Notes under the pieces: model-generated | Database searches by the model: none | The model's input: only the letters and a program-made list of their open reading frames with translations | Told to the model about the DNA's origin: nothing | Virus record (IMG/VR): IMGVR_UViG_3300048033_000639 | Coordinates: 1-27,597 of that record | Length of the DNA: 27,597 nt | From: a virus | Lineage: Duplodnaviria; Caudoviricetes | Direction: 5' to 3' (one strand) | Made by a program: the position numbers and the translations under genes | Shown here: positions 1 through 9,545 of the stretch, one piece after another | Layout of the letters: each line of letters begins with the position of its first letter | How positions within the stretch are numbered: position 1 is the stretch's first letter

Positions 1-3000
1 ACCATAATTGATAGGAAAGTTTAATTCTTCATAGCCAAACGCATTCTGTGTTACTGGTAGGAAGTCTAGTGTAATAATTTCATTGCTTGAGTCAGGTGAC
101 AAACTTCTGTAGCGCACTCTTATGCCTTGATACACACCGTCATTGTCGTCAAACAATATGTTGGGGAAAAAGTGAAACAGTTGTTTACCATATAGATCCT
201 TGATTGGAAACTGTGTCATGTTTCTTGGAACAATAACAAAATCTCTTGGATCATCCACAGGTGGATCACGTGGTTCTTCATCTGTAATCAACACAGGGAA
301 GTTGCCCACAAGTGATTTGCCTCCTTGACGCATTTGCTTGCCTTCAAAAGGATTAAAGTCATAGGTTATACCACCATCTGGTGTTTCAACATCACAGCTT
401 TGTAATATACCTTCATATTTGCTTTCTGTGTTGTCAACATACAGTACGCGGAATACAAAGTCATATTCATCATCAGTACCACTGGCACCCAGTGTTTCTG
501 GTAGTGTAAATGTATAAGGCACACCTTGAATGTAGTCATTTCTAAATACATGTGTGCTTTTGTAGAAGTAGGTGTTGTCTGATGGCTTGTAGTAGATGTT
601 AACGCCATAGATAACATCATTTACTTCTTCATCAAGACTTTGTGTTATAGTTACTTCCATTTCACGTGGATCACGTGGCAACCCACCTGTTAGTAGTGTT
701 TGCCCTACAATGGTTTTTAGATAATTGTTGCGTTTGTTAGTAAGAATAGCAATTGGCAAGTTGATGCCATCTTGGTTTATTTCTTCTACTTCGTCAACAT
801 CACCACTTTCACCTGGCACAGGAACAAGATAACTGGTGGTTCTTACTTCAGAACTGTCACCAGTTGTGTAGTAGACTCTTGCAATAAATTCATACTGTTT
901 ATTTGGCAATAAAGTTTCAATTGTAAAACTTAATTCAGCACCTGACGCTTGTTTGTTATCAAATTGCATGTGTCTGTAGGTTGTAAATTCATTTGAATTT
1001 AATTTCCAATACACGTCAATACCAGCATACTGTGGATGATCTGGTTGAGCAAATGTAAGTGTTGCACTTACAGCATTTGTACCTGGTGTTGTTGAGTATG
1101 TAACATTTGTAAAGTCAATTGCATCATCAAATGTATACACAATAGGTGGATCAGGTGGATTATCATTTTCACCTTTGTCATTGATATCTCCATCTCCATC
1201 TCCTACACCGCCGCCATCGCCGCCACCTGGATTTGTTGGATCTTCACCTGGTATAATAATAATTGGATCTGGATCATCATAGTCTGGTGGAGGTGTTGGC
1301 TCAGGTTTAATGCCTGGGTGTGGCGAACGTGTTGGTGGTATAATACCAATTGGAATTGGACGTGGATTGCCAGGATAGTAAATTTTTGCACCTCTTGGAA
1401 TGTAAGGTGGTATAACTATGTCTGGTTCATCAGCTTTTACGTGTGGATAGATAAAGTCTGGGTTTCTAACAGCACCAATGTCAAATGTCATGTCATTGTT
1501 TGCTTTTATACTAACAATACGCCATGGTATATCATCATCTGTAATTTTACCAGTTCCACTAAACTTTAGTATATTGGCATTTACATGCACAATATCACCA
1601 ACTTCTAAATCAAAACCAGTTGAATCCATTTTAAAACTTAAACTGTCTTGATAGCGTGACTTTAAACAAATAGTTCTTGCCATCATGAATGCAATAGCAG
1701 GGTTTGTTACGCCTGGAAATGTAATCTCAGCTTCATTTTTTCTGCCACCATCTGCTTGAATCCACTCTTGTTCTTGTGCAACAGAACTGTCGTCACCATA
1801 TGGATAATACATTTCTTGTACAGTCCATTTGTCTTCAGGATTTACATACTTGACTTTTACACGAGTATACTTTGATCCTCTGTCAATGCCTGTGTATGTG
1901 ATGTTGCCCACAAGATTGTCACGTGTGATAGTTTTTACAATAGTAGCTGATCCACTGAGAATATCTGTTGGGTTACCAGCATCTTCAATCTTAAGTTTAT
2001 AGCGTCCTTCAATGTATGGCAAATAACCACGCATGTTGGTAAGCAGTGTTTTTGTGTTTGCAAACAGTGTAGTACCTGTATCAACTACAAAGTTAGTTGT
2101 TAGTATTGGACCTCTATAGCTTTGTCCTGAATAGTATTGCACTTCTTGGTTACATTTTGCTGCTGCTACCCTAAAACTACTCCAGTTGATTTCATTGTTA
2201 GCAAGCCCTTTACCATAGTGTGGATTGCGTAGATAGTCCAACAGTATTTCTGCTGGGTTTGTTGAATAACGTTCTGAATAACCTGCACCTTTGTATGCAG
2301 CAAATTCACTGGAATTGTTTGTAAGCGTTGCAACACGTCTACCCAACACACTTGCTTGTACAACAGGTATGTTGCCTGTAAATGGATTGTTGTCAGCATC
2401 TTCTTGTGTTTTGATTTCTTTCCATTCATAACGTGCAAGCAATACAGCAACACCATTGTATATCATGTTGTCGTCCCAACTGGGCGCATTCATACAAATA
2501 TTGTTGCGTCTCATTGGATGATTTTGTAAGTTTCTGTAGTAGTAACCTTTGTTGATAAACTGTAGTTTGACTCTGTCTTTGTATTTGCCTGTGCTAACAT
2601 TTACTGAGCTGCCTGCGTTTAGATTTCTCACAACATCACTGTCTAATTGGTGATCGTCTATGAATAGTTCATATAATCCTTCAATTGGACCTTCACACAG
2701 TGAGTATGCAACCCAAAGATATTTGTTGTTTTCTTCACCTGTTTCTGAAAATGTAACAATGCCGCCTATTTTTCTAAATCCATACACAACTGGTATGTCT
2801 ACATTAGATCCTTGGCGTTGTAGTAGTACACCTTGTTGTCGTTGAGCTTCCGCAGCATCACTTGGAGCATCAGGTACACCAAACAGACCCATAAATGGAG
2901 ATAGTACAAAATCAACAACTGCTGATACAATGTTGCCTACTGCTTTGATAACACCTTTTACAATGTTACCTACTGCTTTTACAATACCTTTGACTGCCTT

Positions 3001-3015
3001 TACAACAAAACTCAT
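1..3015 (-). CDS. Tail tip / host-specificity protein (lambda J-like), truncated by the left window edge
   Basis: Missing from the ORF track, presumably because it runs off the window without a stop. ATG at 3015 overlaps the GNAT stop (ATGA); 1005 codons to position 1, open where spot-checked. N-terminus MSFVVKAVKGIVKAVG...IPVVYGFRKIGG...LCEGPIEG is typical of J-like tips, followed by a Pro/Gly/Asp linker and FN3-like modules. Confidence 0.85.
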   Translation of the reverse strand, partial: MSFVVKAVKGIVKAVGNIVKGVIKAVGNIVSAVVDFVLSPFMGLFGVPDAPSDAAEAQRQQGVLLQRQGSNVDIPVVYGFRKIGGIVTFSETGEENNKYLWVAYSLCEGPIEGLYELFIDDHQLDSDVVRNLNAGSSVNVSTGKYKDRVKLQFINKGYYYRNLQNHPMRRNNICMNAPSWDDNMIYNGVAVLLARYEWKEIKTQEDADNNPFTGNIPVVQASVLGRRVATLTNNSSEFAAYKGAGYSERYSTNPAEILLDYLRNPHYGKGLANNEINWSSFRVAAAKCNQEVQYYSGQSYRGPILTTNFVVDTGTTLFANTKTLLTNMRGYLPYIEGRYKLKIEDAGNPTDILSGSATIVKTITRDNLVGNITYTGIDRGSKYTRVKVKYVNPEDKWTVQEMYYPYGDDSSVAQEQEWIQADGGRKNEAEITFPGVTNPAIAFMMARTICLKSRYQDSLSFKMDSTGFDLEVGDIVHVNANILKFSGTGKITDDDIPWRIVSIKANNDMTFDIGAVRNPDFIYPHVKADEPDIVIPPYIPRGAKIYYPGNPRPIPIGIIPPTRSPHPGIKPEPTPPPDYDDPDPIIIIPGEDPTNPGGGDGGGVGDGDGDINDKGENDNPPDPPIVYTFDDAIDFTNVTYSTTPGTNAVSATLTFAQPDHPQYAGIDVYWKLNSNEFTTYRHMQFDNKQASGAELSFTIETLLPNKQYEFIARVYYTTGDSSEVRTTSYLVPVPGESGDVDEVEEINQDGINLPIAILTNKRNNYLKTIVGQTLLTGGLPRDPREMEVTITQSLDEEVNDVIYGVNIYYKPSDNTYFYKSTHVFRNDYIQGVPYTFTLPETLGASGTDDEYDFVFRVLYVDNTESKYEGILQSCDVETPDGGITYDFNPFEGKQMRQGGKSLVGNFPVLITDEEPRDPPVDDPRDFVIVPRNMTQFPIKDLYGKQLFHFFPNILFDDNDGVYQGIRVRYRSLSPDSSNEIITLDFLPVTQNAFGYEELNFPINYG

Positions 3016-3476
3016 TCGTCAAACTCCTTAATCATAAAGACACCAGGAGTAAACCCAAGTGACTCGTATATCTTACGTGTTCTATCTGGATTGATACCTA
3101 TATCACCAGCTGTTACTTTTACACATTTGCATGTAAGTGCCCATTCTTCAAAGGTATTGTATAATTGTCTTAGATTGTTTGTGTTTCTATGACTTTCTAG
3201 CATATAAATCATGTCTATGTGTGCTACTAATAAATCTCTGTTCCATGGTAGTGCAGTTATACATCCTGCAATTAATCCTACAGGACGTTGTCCTTCATAG
3301 GCATTAAACCAAATGTATTCATTATAGGTATTGTAAGTTCTAATTGTATTGATTACTGAGTCTTCGTCATATTGATATTCTATTTCAGGAATGCTTTCTA
3401 TAGCTTCCATCTTATAGTAGTTAAACAGATTGACAGTAATATCAAATTCAGTTGGTTGCATACGTCTAACTATCAT
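3012..3476 (-). CDS. GNAT-family acetyltransferase-like protein in the tail module
   Basis: GNAT-like pattern: V-G-L-I-A-G strand, IYMLESHRNT (motif A-like), RKIYESLGF (motif B). Start moved to ATG 3476, which overlaps the upstream stop (ATGA). Confidence 0.75.
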   Translation of the reverse strand: MIVRRMQPTEFDITVNLFNYYKMEAIESIPEIEYQYDEDSVINTIRTYNTYNEYIWFNAYEGQRPVGLIAGCITALPWNRDLLVAHIDMIYMLESHRNTNNLRQLYNTFEEWALTCKCVKVTAGDIGINPDRTRKIYESLGFTPGVFMIKEFDE

Positions 3477-4045
3477 TCGCGCCCCCATTTAAATTCTGTA
3501 TTACCAACATAACCTGCTTGTTTAAATGCTTGATCGTAGGTGTTGTTTTGAAAAGCGTGATTAGATCCATTGTTTGTTTTTCTGCCTGCTCTGCGTTCAA
3601 AATCAGCAAATAATGTAACACAATCAACGTTAATACTGGCTGTGCTTGCACCTTCTACAATTGAAATATTTGATATTTGTCCATCAAATACCAGTACTGG
3701 TGCAAGTATAATATCAAGTGTAAATGGTTCTATTTCTAAAAATGCCTTTGATACTACAACTCTGCGTCCTTCAATGTCTTGATCCACAAAGTAATCAAGT
3801 ATACCTGAAGTAAGCGCACTTAGATAGATTGTAAACTTGCCAACTTTAACATCAAAGTCTTCGTTTACATTTGAAAATCCAATAAATTCGCCTTGGGCTG
3901 AATATGTAACACCGTCATGTTCTAAATCAAAACCACCAGTACAAAAGTTAAGTGTGCCTGCAGGCAAGTACAAGCTGACTAAATTGACAACAATAAAATT
4001 CTTTCTGTTATATTCTTCTTGTATTGCCGCTGGATAACTTTTCAT
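3473..4045 (-). CDS. Minor tail / baseplate hub-like protein (DUF2163-like)
   Basis: 190 aa after the Dit-like gene; GVTYSAQGEFIGFSNVNE, VFDGQI and C-terminal KWGR match this tail family as I recall it. Confidence 0.65.
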   Translation of the reverse strand: MKSYPAAIQEEYNRKNFIVVNLVSLYLPAGTLNFCTGGFDLEHDGVTYSAQGEFIGFSNVNEDFDVKVGKFTIYLSALTSGILDYFVDQDIEGRRVVVSKAFLEIEPFTLDIILAPVLVFDGQISNISIVEGASTASINVDCVTLFADFERRAGRKTNNGSNHAFQNNTYDQAFKQAGYVGNTEFKWGRE

Positions 4046-4642
4046 TTACCAAATCTCTCTCAAGTCAAGACTCATTGTAGTTTGTCCACCTAATCCTACA
4101 TCATACTGTTGTATTTCATTGTCTAACATAACAGTAAATGGTGTAGCTGTATAGGTTATATTTGTACCACTTGGCACATCTTCAACTAAGCCACCACTAA
4201 AGTAAAGTGTGTTGCCTGGTTGATAATCAACTGTACACATGTACACTTTTGAATGATTGTCAAACTTAAAAAAGTCTCCTGCAACCATAAATGTGTTTTC
4301 TACAGTTACGCCATCAATGTCTACACTTTGATCGCCTCTGCTTGCACTTGCATTTGTAGTTGCTGTGATGTCAGTGTCCAAGAATGCATTCTTTGAATAA
4401 CTTATTTCTGGTAGTACAATTTGAAAACTGCCCAAAGGACCATACTGTGCTCCTAAGAATCCAATTACTGGACCCATGTCATAACTTGTTACGCTTGGAT
4501 AACGCACTGTAAATGTATAGAATTGATGTCCTTGTCCAACACGTTGACGTTTGCCACTGATAGTTTCAGTAACAAGTGTAGGAGCATTTATGCTAAAGTT
4601 TACACTTGTAAATCCTGGATAGCTAGGAAAAGTACCACTCAT
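4046..4642 (-). CDS. Distal tail protein (Dit-like)
   Basis: 198 aa directly after the tape measure; TLVTETISGKRQR, FLGAQYG, GDFFKF and C-terminal LDLREIW. Confidence 0.65.
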   Translation of the reverse strand: MSGTFPSYPGFTSVNFSINAPTLVTETISGKRQRVGQGHQFYTFTVRYPSVTSYDMGPVIGFLGAQYGPLGSFQIVLPEISYSKNAFLDTDITATTNASASRGDQSVDIDGVTVENTFMVAGDFFKFDNHSKVYMCTVDYQPGNTLYFSGGLVEDVPSGTNITYTATPFTVMLDNEIQQYDVGLGGQTTMSLDLREIW

Positions 4643-7128
4643 TATATCATACTCCTTTGTCCACGTTCTGTCATTGCATCACTAATCATCTGCGTAATTA
4701 ATCCACGTCTTTGAATCAGTAAATCATCAAAACCTTCTGCATCATTTGCTTGTATATTGAAGTTGATGTTTACTGGCTCTCCTCTATTTAAATCACCATT
4801 CCTTGTGATGCTGCCATTAGTGGTTGGTGTAAACATTTCTGGACCATTTTCACCAACTATGTAACTGCTGTTGCCCATAACAGGACCACCCAATACTCTT
4901 CCTGAGTACTGTTGACTTCTAATGCTTGCAACTTGTGCTAAACCACTAGCAACAACTGCTGCCGCAGCAATAAAGTTAAAGGGTGGCGGATAAGTTGCAA
5001 GTGCTTTGGTTGCACCCATATAGGTGTTCATGATAGCGTTTGCAATGTTGAATGCTTTGGCTGCTTCAAATGCTTTTTTGTTTTGTGCTCCTAGTGCATC
5101 AAACACTGTGCCCAATTGTTGTACAGCGAATTGAGTTTTTTCAAGTTCTGATTTCTTTTCAAAGTCAATTCTATCACGCTGCATTTCTTCAAGTCTATCA
5201 TAAGTGCCTTGTCTTTGCAAATAACTTTGATTTTCTAAATTTCCAAGAACTCTATATTTTTGTGCAGCTAATGCAACTTCTTCGTTGGTTCTCTGAGCTT
5301 CTAATGATGCTCTCATGTCTATAGTTTTTCTTGCCCAATTTTTTGCTATTTGATATTTTTCAACTTCCATAGCCTGTTGAATGCCTATTAAATCAGCAGC
5401 ATAATTTTCTTCTGAAATAACACCAGCAGCTAATCTATCATCTAAGATTTGACGTGCAACTTCAGCAGATTCTTCAAGAGCACGTTGTTGAGATCTGAGA
5501 GTTCCTAAAGTTGTATCAGCTAATTTTTCTGCATAAGAATTTACCTGTGCTTGATATTTTAACTGTTCTTGGGCTATACGTCTTTGAGAATAAGAAAGTT
5601 CTAAGCGTTCACGTTCTTGTTCTGTAAGTACTCTACCAAGTTCAACTTCTTGTTGTTTTTGTAGTACACCAAGTTCACCTTGCTCAACACGTATACGCAT
5701 GATGCTTGTTTCTTCACCGTACTTGTCAAGCAGTTGTGTAAATGCATCAGCTTCTGCTTGTTTTCTAGCAGCTAGTGCATCCTGTGTTAATGCATTACGT
5801 GCTGTGGCTGCTTCTGCTTCACTCATTGCGTCTGCTGCTTCTTGTGCTGCATCTGCATACTGTTCAGCATCAACTGCTATGCTGGCTAAGTCTGCTTGTA
5901 GTTTGTCTAAACCTTCAATACCTAGTGCTTCAAATGCACCTGAAAATGCATCACCCATTATGCCAGCTGATTCTTCTGTAGCTTCAGCAGTTTCTTTTGT
6001 TTCACCACGTAACCAAGCCCATGCAGCACCCAGTGCTGAAATACCTGCTAGTACAATTCTACCTACTCTACCAGCTGGTGTAAGCATTATCAAGAACTTG
6101 CCTACATTGAGTATTTGTTTACCAAATCCAATTAAAGCTGGTAAAATACCCAATACAGCTTTGCCTAGTGCAAACATACCTTTGGCGGCACTTATTGCAA
6201 ACAACGCCAGTTTAATTTTAAGTATGATTATCATGGCTTTACCAATCAAACCTAGGTTTTTAATTAAAAATTCACCAACTGCTGTAACAGCAAGGAATGC
6301 TTTGGTTAGGTTAACACCAATTTGTCTTACTAGTGGTTTGTTGTTTTCAAGAACATCTGTGATTCGTTTTGCAACATCACTTAATGCCATTGCAAACCCA
6401 CTTTCACCTAGTGCTGTTGTAGCTTCAAATACAGCGCCTCTAAGGTTTGAAAGTGCTTGTGTAAGTGGTCCAACTGTAACTGAGCCAAAACGTCCACCTT
6501 CTTCACCTAGTGCTCTAAGTTGATCCACTAGTTGTTTACTTGAGTTAGCAACAGCTACTTGTTGATCCCCAATCTTAGCAGTATACTTGCCGTTTTCAGT
6601 GGTTACTTTGATACCAAATTCTTTAAGACGTTCAAACTCACCTGTAACAGCATCAGCAACAGCTTCAGCAAACTGTGTAACACTCTTACCATTGGCTGCT
6701 GCAATGTTAGCAAATGCTTTCATTGATTCAGTTGAAGTGTCAACACCTGTACGTTGGAAGATTACAAATGCAGCAGTAAGTTCATTTACGTCTTGTGGTA
6801 AACTCTTGGCTAAGTCACTTAGGCGTTTGATTTCAGCGTTGGCTAGACGTTGATCCCCAAGGTATGTGGTTAGCTGTGTGCGGAACTGTTCCATTTGCAG
6901 TGTTGCATCTATAATGCCACTTACTGCACGTTGAGTACCAAACGCAAGCAGAGCAGCACCCGCAGCCCTAAGAGCTGAGTTTACTGCGCCTGCTGCACGT
7001 TCCATACCTTTAAGACTACCAGCACTGGTGCGAGCAACACGCTGCATTCTTTCTAGGCGATCGTTTACTCTTTCAATACCACGCAGGGCCTGTTTAACGT
7101 CTGCGCCTATACTAATTGTTGCGTCCAC
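4642..7128 (-). CDS. Tail tape measure protein
   Basis: 828 aa, Ala-rich and helical with a central hydrophobic segment; C-terminal GGPV...YIVGENGPEMFTP motif; follows the tail chaperones. Confidence 0.92.
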   Translation of the reverse strand: MDATISIGADVKQALRGIERVNDRLERMQRVARTSAGSLKGMERAAGAVNSALRAAGAALLAFGTQRAVSGIIDATLQMEQFRTQLTTYLGDQRLANAEIKRLSDLAKSLPQDVNELTAAFVIFQRTGVDTSTESMKAFANIAAANGKSVTQFAEAVADAVTGEFERLKEFGIKVTTENGKYTAKIGDQQVAVANSSKQLVDQLRALGEEGGRFGSVTVGPLTQALSNLRGAVFEATTALGESGFAMALSDVAKRITDVLENNKPLVRQIGVNLTKAFLAVTAVGEFLIKNLGLIGKAMIIILKIKLALFAISAAKGMFALGKAVLGILPALIGFGKQILNVGKFLIMLTPAGRVGRIVLAGISALGAAWAWLRGETKETAEATEESAGIMGDAFSGAFEALGIEGLDKLQADLASIAVDAEQYADAAQEAADAMSEAEAATARNALTQDALAARKQAEADAFTQLLDKYGEETSIMRIRVEQGELGVLQKQQEVELGRVLTEQERERLELSYSQRRIAQEQLKYQAQVNSYAEKLADTTLGTLRSQQRALEESAEVARQILDDRLAAGVISEENYAADLIGIQQAMEVEKYQIAKNWARKTIDMRASLEAQRTNEEVALAAQKYRVLGNLENQSYLQRQGTYDRLEEMQRDRIDFEKKSELEKTQFAVQQLGTVFDALGAQNKKAFEAAKAFNIANAIMNTYMGATKALATYPPPFNFIAAAAVVASGLAQVASIRSQQYSGRVLGGPVMGNSSYIVGENGPEMFTPTTNGSITRNGDLNRGEPVNINFNIQANDAEGFDDLLIQRRGLITQMISDAMTERGQRSMI

Positions 7129-7130
7129 TG

Positions 7131-7304
7131 CTATCTCCTCGTGTTAGCCTTATTCATGGCTTTCTTGGTTTCTTCGTGTTCTATTTTGTAGAACGCTGCC
7201 CAACCAACAAATTCAGCGTTTGTCATCTTCATAACATCTGCTACTTTGAGACCCAAATCCTTAGCCAACTTGTACATAAAGATTAGATCTGGATCTCCTC
7301 TTAG
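7131..7304 (-). CDS. Tail assembly chaperone -1 frameshift extension (gpT-like part of a gpGT fusion)
   Basis: The -1 frame after A AAA AAC reads LRGDPDLIFMYKLAKDLGLKVADVMKMTNAEFVGWAAFYKIEHEETKKAMNKANTRR to TAG at 7131-7133, filling the gap before the tape measure gene. Confidence 0.8.
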   Translation of the reverse strand, partial: LRGDPDLIFMYKLAKDLGLKVADVMKMTNAEFVGWAAFYKIEHEETKKAMNKANTRR

Positions 7305-7654
7305 TTTTTTTCAGCTTCCTCAACGTCTATATCAAGTACAGCATTCATATCGCCTACTGCTTTGATTAGTGTAGTTGGATCAACTTCATTTAAAAATATA
7401 GTTTTGTCAGCTGGCTTAAACATTTTAGTACCATCTTCATTACGTGCTTTGATGATTAATGTTTCAACCAGTGCTTCAACTGTTTTATTTTTTTGTGCAA
7501 GCTCAATCAATTTTGATTCTTCTTGCAGTGTATTAGAATTCTTGTAGTGGATTTTTAAATCCCACTCCTCAACGTAGATACTTGACATTTCACCTGATAT
7601 CTTGTTGCGGAAGTGACCTGTAATTTTGTCCATTGGACTTAGTTGTTTTGTCAT
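7301..7654 (-). CDS. Tail assembly chaperone (gpG-like)
   Basis: 117 aa between the tail tube region and the tape measure, ending in a slippery site. Confidence 0.8.
   Translation of the reverse strand: MTKQLSPMDKITGHFRNKISGEMSSIYVEEWDLKIHYKNSNTLQEESKLIELAQKNKTVEALVETLIIKARNEDGTKMFKPADKTIFLNEVDPTTLIKAVGDMNAVLDIDVEEAEKN
7304..7310 (-). other. Programmed -1 frameshift slippery site A AAA AAC
   Basis: GCT GAA AAA AAC TAA at the chaperone 3' end; X XXY YYZ heptamer at the canonical G/GT position. Confidence 0.8.
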
Positions 7655-7941
7655 TTTACTTTTCCTTTAAGTTCACGTAGTGTAGGCCCAATAATACCCC
7701 TTGGTGCCTGTTTACTTGCCCCCGCTTCTAAACGTTCTATCCATGGCACTCTGTTAGCCACTTCAAAGTCAGTTTTAGATACTTTTTTCTTCCATTGTGT
7801 TTTTGTATAGCCAGTTCTTACAGGAGTTTTGGATTTGGCAGTTTTAAATGTCTCATCCGCCACCTGTCGCATAGTCATTGTCAAAGTTTTTGCTAACTTT
7901 GCATTAATAACATCTGCGCCTGTAAGAACTATTTTAGCCAT
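7651..7941 (-). CDS. HK97 gp10-like tail completion / neck protein
   Basis: Basic 96 aa with TPVRTG...W, N.VPWIERLEAG.SKQAP.G motifs. Confidence 0.8.
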   Translation of the reverse strand: MAKIVLTGADVINAKLAKTLTMTMRQVADETFKTAKSKTPVRTGYTKTQWKKKVSKTDFEVANRVPWIERLEAGASKQAPRGIIGPTLRELKGKVK

Positions 7942-7949
7942 ACTATACC

Positions 7950-8360
7950 TTAGGTTGCACTGTAAGCCAGTTGTCCATCACCCTGGAAGCTAACTGATGC
8001 TTCAATCAATCCGTCCATAGACGCAGTAATTGAATAACCAGTAACAACAATGTTACCAGCCCAGTTTGCACCAGTACCCTCTGGATACACAATCAATGCA
8101 ACACTGCTTGCACCCACTGCACCATTTACTAATCCATCTAAATCAGCAGTTGTGAAGTGATCCGCATCCCAGTATACATCTGCTGTACCTGAGAAAGTGC
8201 TTAAACCTTTTACATAGGTTCTACCACTGTTTGCAGCACCCATTGTTGTTGTTTCAATTGTGTCTGCTGTCATTTCTATACTGTAATTACGGACCTCTGC
8301 TACTGCACTACCATCAACAGAGATGACACCCGCATTACCTACTAAAGCTGAATTACTCAT
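7950..8360 (-). CDS. Major tail tube protein
   Basis: ADTIETT, RTYVKGLSTFSGT, ASVSFQGDG motifs of siphovirus tube proteins; ATG 8360 has GAGGAG at 7-nt spacing. Confidence 0.85.
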   Translation of the reverse strand: MSNSALVGNAGVISVDGSAVAEVRNYSIEMTADTIETTTMGAANSGRTYVKGLSTFSGTADVYWDADHFTTADLDGLVNGAVGASSVALIVYPEGTGANWAGNIVVTGYSITASMDGLIEASVSFQGDGQLAYSAT

Positions 8361-8565
8361 TCTCATTCTCCTCTAAGTTTGCTTTATCATCATCACCTTG
8401 TTCTGAAGAATCTTCAACGGCAGGTGTTTCGTCCGCATTCTTTTTGACTGGACGTAGAACGGCGCTTACTTCGCCTTCGCCTAGTGTCCATCCATTCTTT
8501 TGTTGTCCCTTAACATCATGTTCTGGAACTTGTTTGGTTTTTGTACCTTTGTACATTGTTATCAT
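8353..8565 (-). CDS. Small hypothetical protein with acidic C-terminus
   Basis: GAGGAG RBS before ATG 8565; packed between the terminator-like gene and the tube gene. Confidence 0.6.
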   Translation of the reverse strand: MITMYKGTKTKQVPEHDVKGQQKNGWTLGEGEVSAVLRPVKKNADETPAVEDSSEQGDDDKANLEENENE

Positions 8566-8584
8566 ATTCTTACTCCTCACACTC

Positions 8585-9019
8585 TTATGGGTTTAAACGC
8601 CTGTAGGTGTAACCCACCTCAAGCGTGACTAGTATTTCTGCTAGTGGTGCTAGTCTTTCAACTACTGCAATACTAGTAATTTGACTGTCTCTTACACCAC
8701 GTGCATAGTTTTCTCTGTACCTGTCACTTTCCAGCGTGGTTTCAATAGCAGTAATCAAATCATTACGTGCTTTGTCTAGTTCTTTGCCTCTAACAAATCC
8801 TCTGATGTTGAATGTTAAACTACCACTCTTGATGCCTGAAGCGCCCATAGTGAGTAGTTCACGTGACTCAGTGTCAAATGTTACAAGTATTGCTGGAAAT
8901 TGGGTAATTGCTAGTTTTTCAGGTTCAAATGGTTCTCTAGTAACTAGGATAGGACGTGGGTCCTCCATTTGCTTTAGACTTTCAATAATATGGACTACAA
9001 TATCTTCTCTTAGGCTCAT
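8585..9019 (-). CDS. Putative tail terminator protein
   Basis: 144 aa; S.RE.I start and FPAILV motif; position upstream of the tail tube gene. Confidence 0.6.
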   Translation of the reverse strand: MSLREDIVVHIIESLKQMEDPRPILVTREPFEPEKLAITQFPAILVTFDTESRELLTMGASGIKSGSLTFNIRGFVRGKELDKARNDLITAIETTLESDRYRENYARGVRDSQITSIAVVERLAPLAEILVTLEVGYTYRRLNP

Positions 9020-9444
9020 CTACGCAGCCTCAAACTTACAACTGGTGTTTTTTCGTTTCTTTCAACGGTGCCGTCATCGTCTAAATCATAAAGTACACCT
9101 TCTCTGAGAATAAGATCCATTTCATGCTCAAATCTACCACCATAGTACTTCATCATCACAGTAAACTTGTCGTCTTCTGGTGAAAACTGTGTTAGTTTAG
9201 GACAAATGTGATAAGCAAGTGCGTGGTAAATTGTTGCTTGTGTGAATTGCGAATCTGTTAATAGTGTTGGATCAAATTCTGCAGTTGTGCTTTGTGTTTT
9301 TGCGTATGGCAAATACCAGCGAACTTTGAGTACGCGATTTATTTCTGCCTCTGATCGTGCTAGTTCTGCATCCCAGTCTAGTACGCCATAATCTGTTATT
9401 GTTGGTTCAACGACGAGTAAATCGTCTATTGTTGCATAAGCCAT
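9016..9444 (-). CDS. Head-tail adaptor / connector protein
   Basis: MAYATIDDL start typical of adaptors; first gene after the capsid; start set at ATG 9444 behind AAGGA. Confidence 0.65.
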   Translation of the reverse strand: MAYATIDDLLVVEPTITDYGVLDWDAELARSEAEINRVLKVRWYLPYAKTQSTTAEFDPTLLTDSQFTQATIYHALAYHICPKLTQFSPEDDKFTVMMKYYGGRFEHEMDLILREGVLYDLDDDGTVERNEKTPVVSLRLRR

Positions 9445-9492
9445 ATCAAGTCCTTCTTGAATTTCAAAGTTCGCTAGTCCTTCTAGCACACT

Positions 9493-9499
9493 TATTTAG
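9493..9499 (-). promoter_or_regulatory. Late-promoter variant CTAAATA heading the neck/tail genes
   Basis: Lies just after the capsid terminator, where re-initiation is needed; no -35 seen. Confidence 0.55.
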
Positions 9500-9506
9500 C
9501 CAATAT

Positions 9507-9545
9507 AAAAAAGAGCCCCTAGAAACTTGTAGTAACTAAGGGCTC
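9507..9545 (-). terminator. Intrinsic terminator after the major capsid gene
   Basis: Minus strand GAGCCCTTAG-13 nt-CTAGGGGCTC followed by a T run. Confidence 0.75.

Noticed and set aside
366-2456. Short minus-strand ORFs 366-620, 1203-1391 and 2166-2456
   Set aside because: Out-of-frame overlaps inside the J-like gene at 1-3015.
5699-6523. Long plus-strand ORFs (also 9988-10473, 15257-15889, 17186-17923 and others)
   Set aside because: They are antisense shadows of Ala/Thr-rich minus-strand genes, with no RBS or family motifs noticed.
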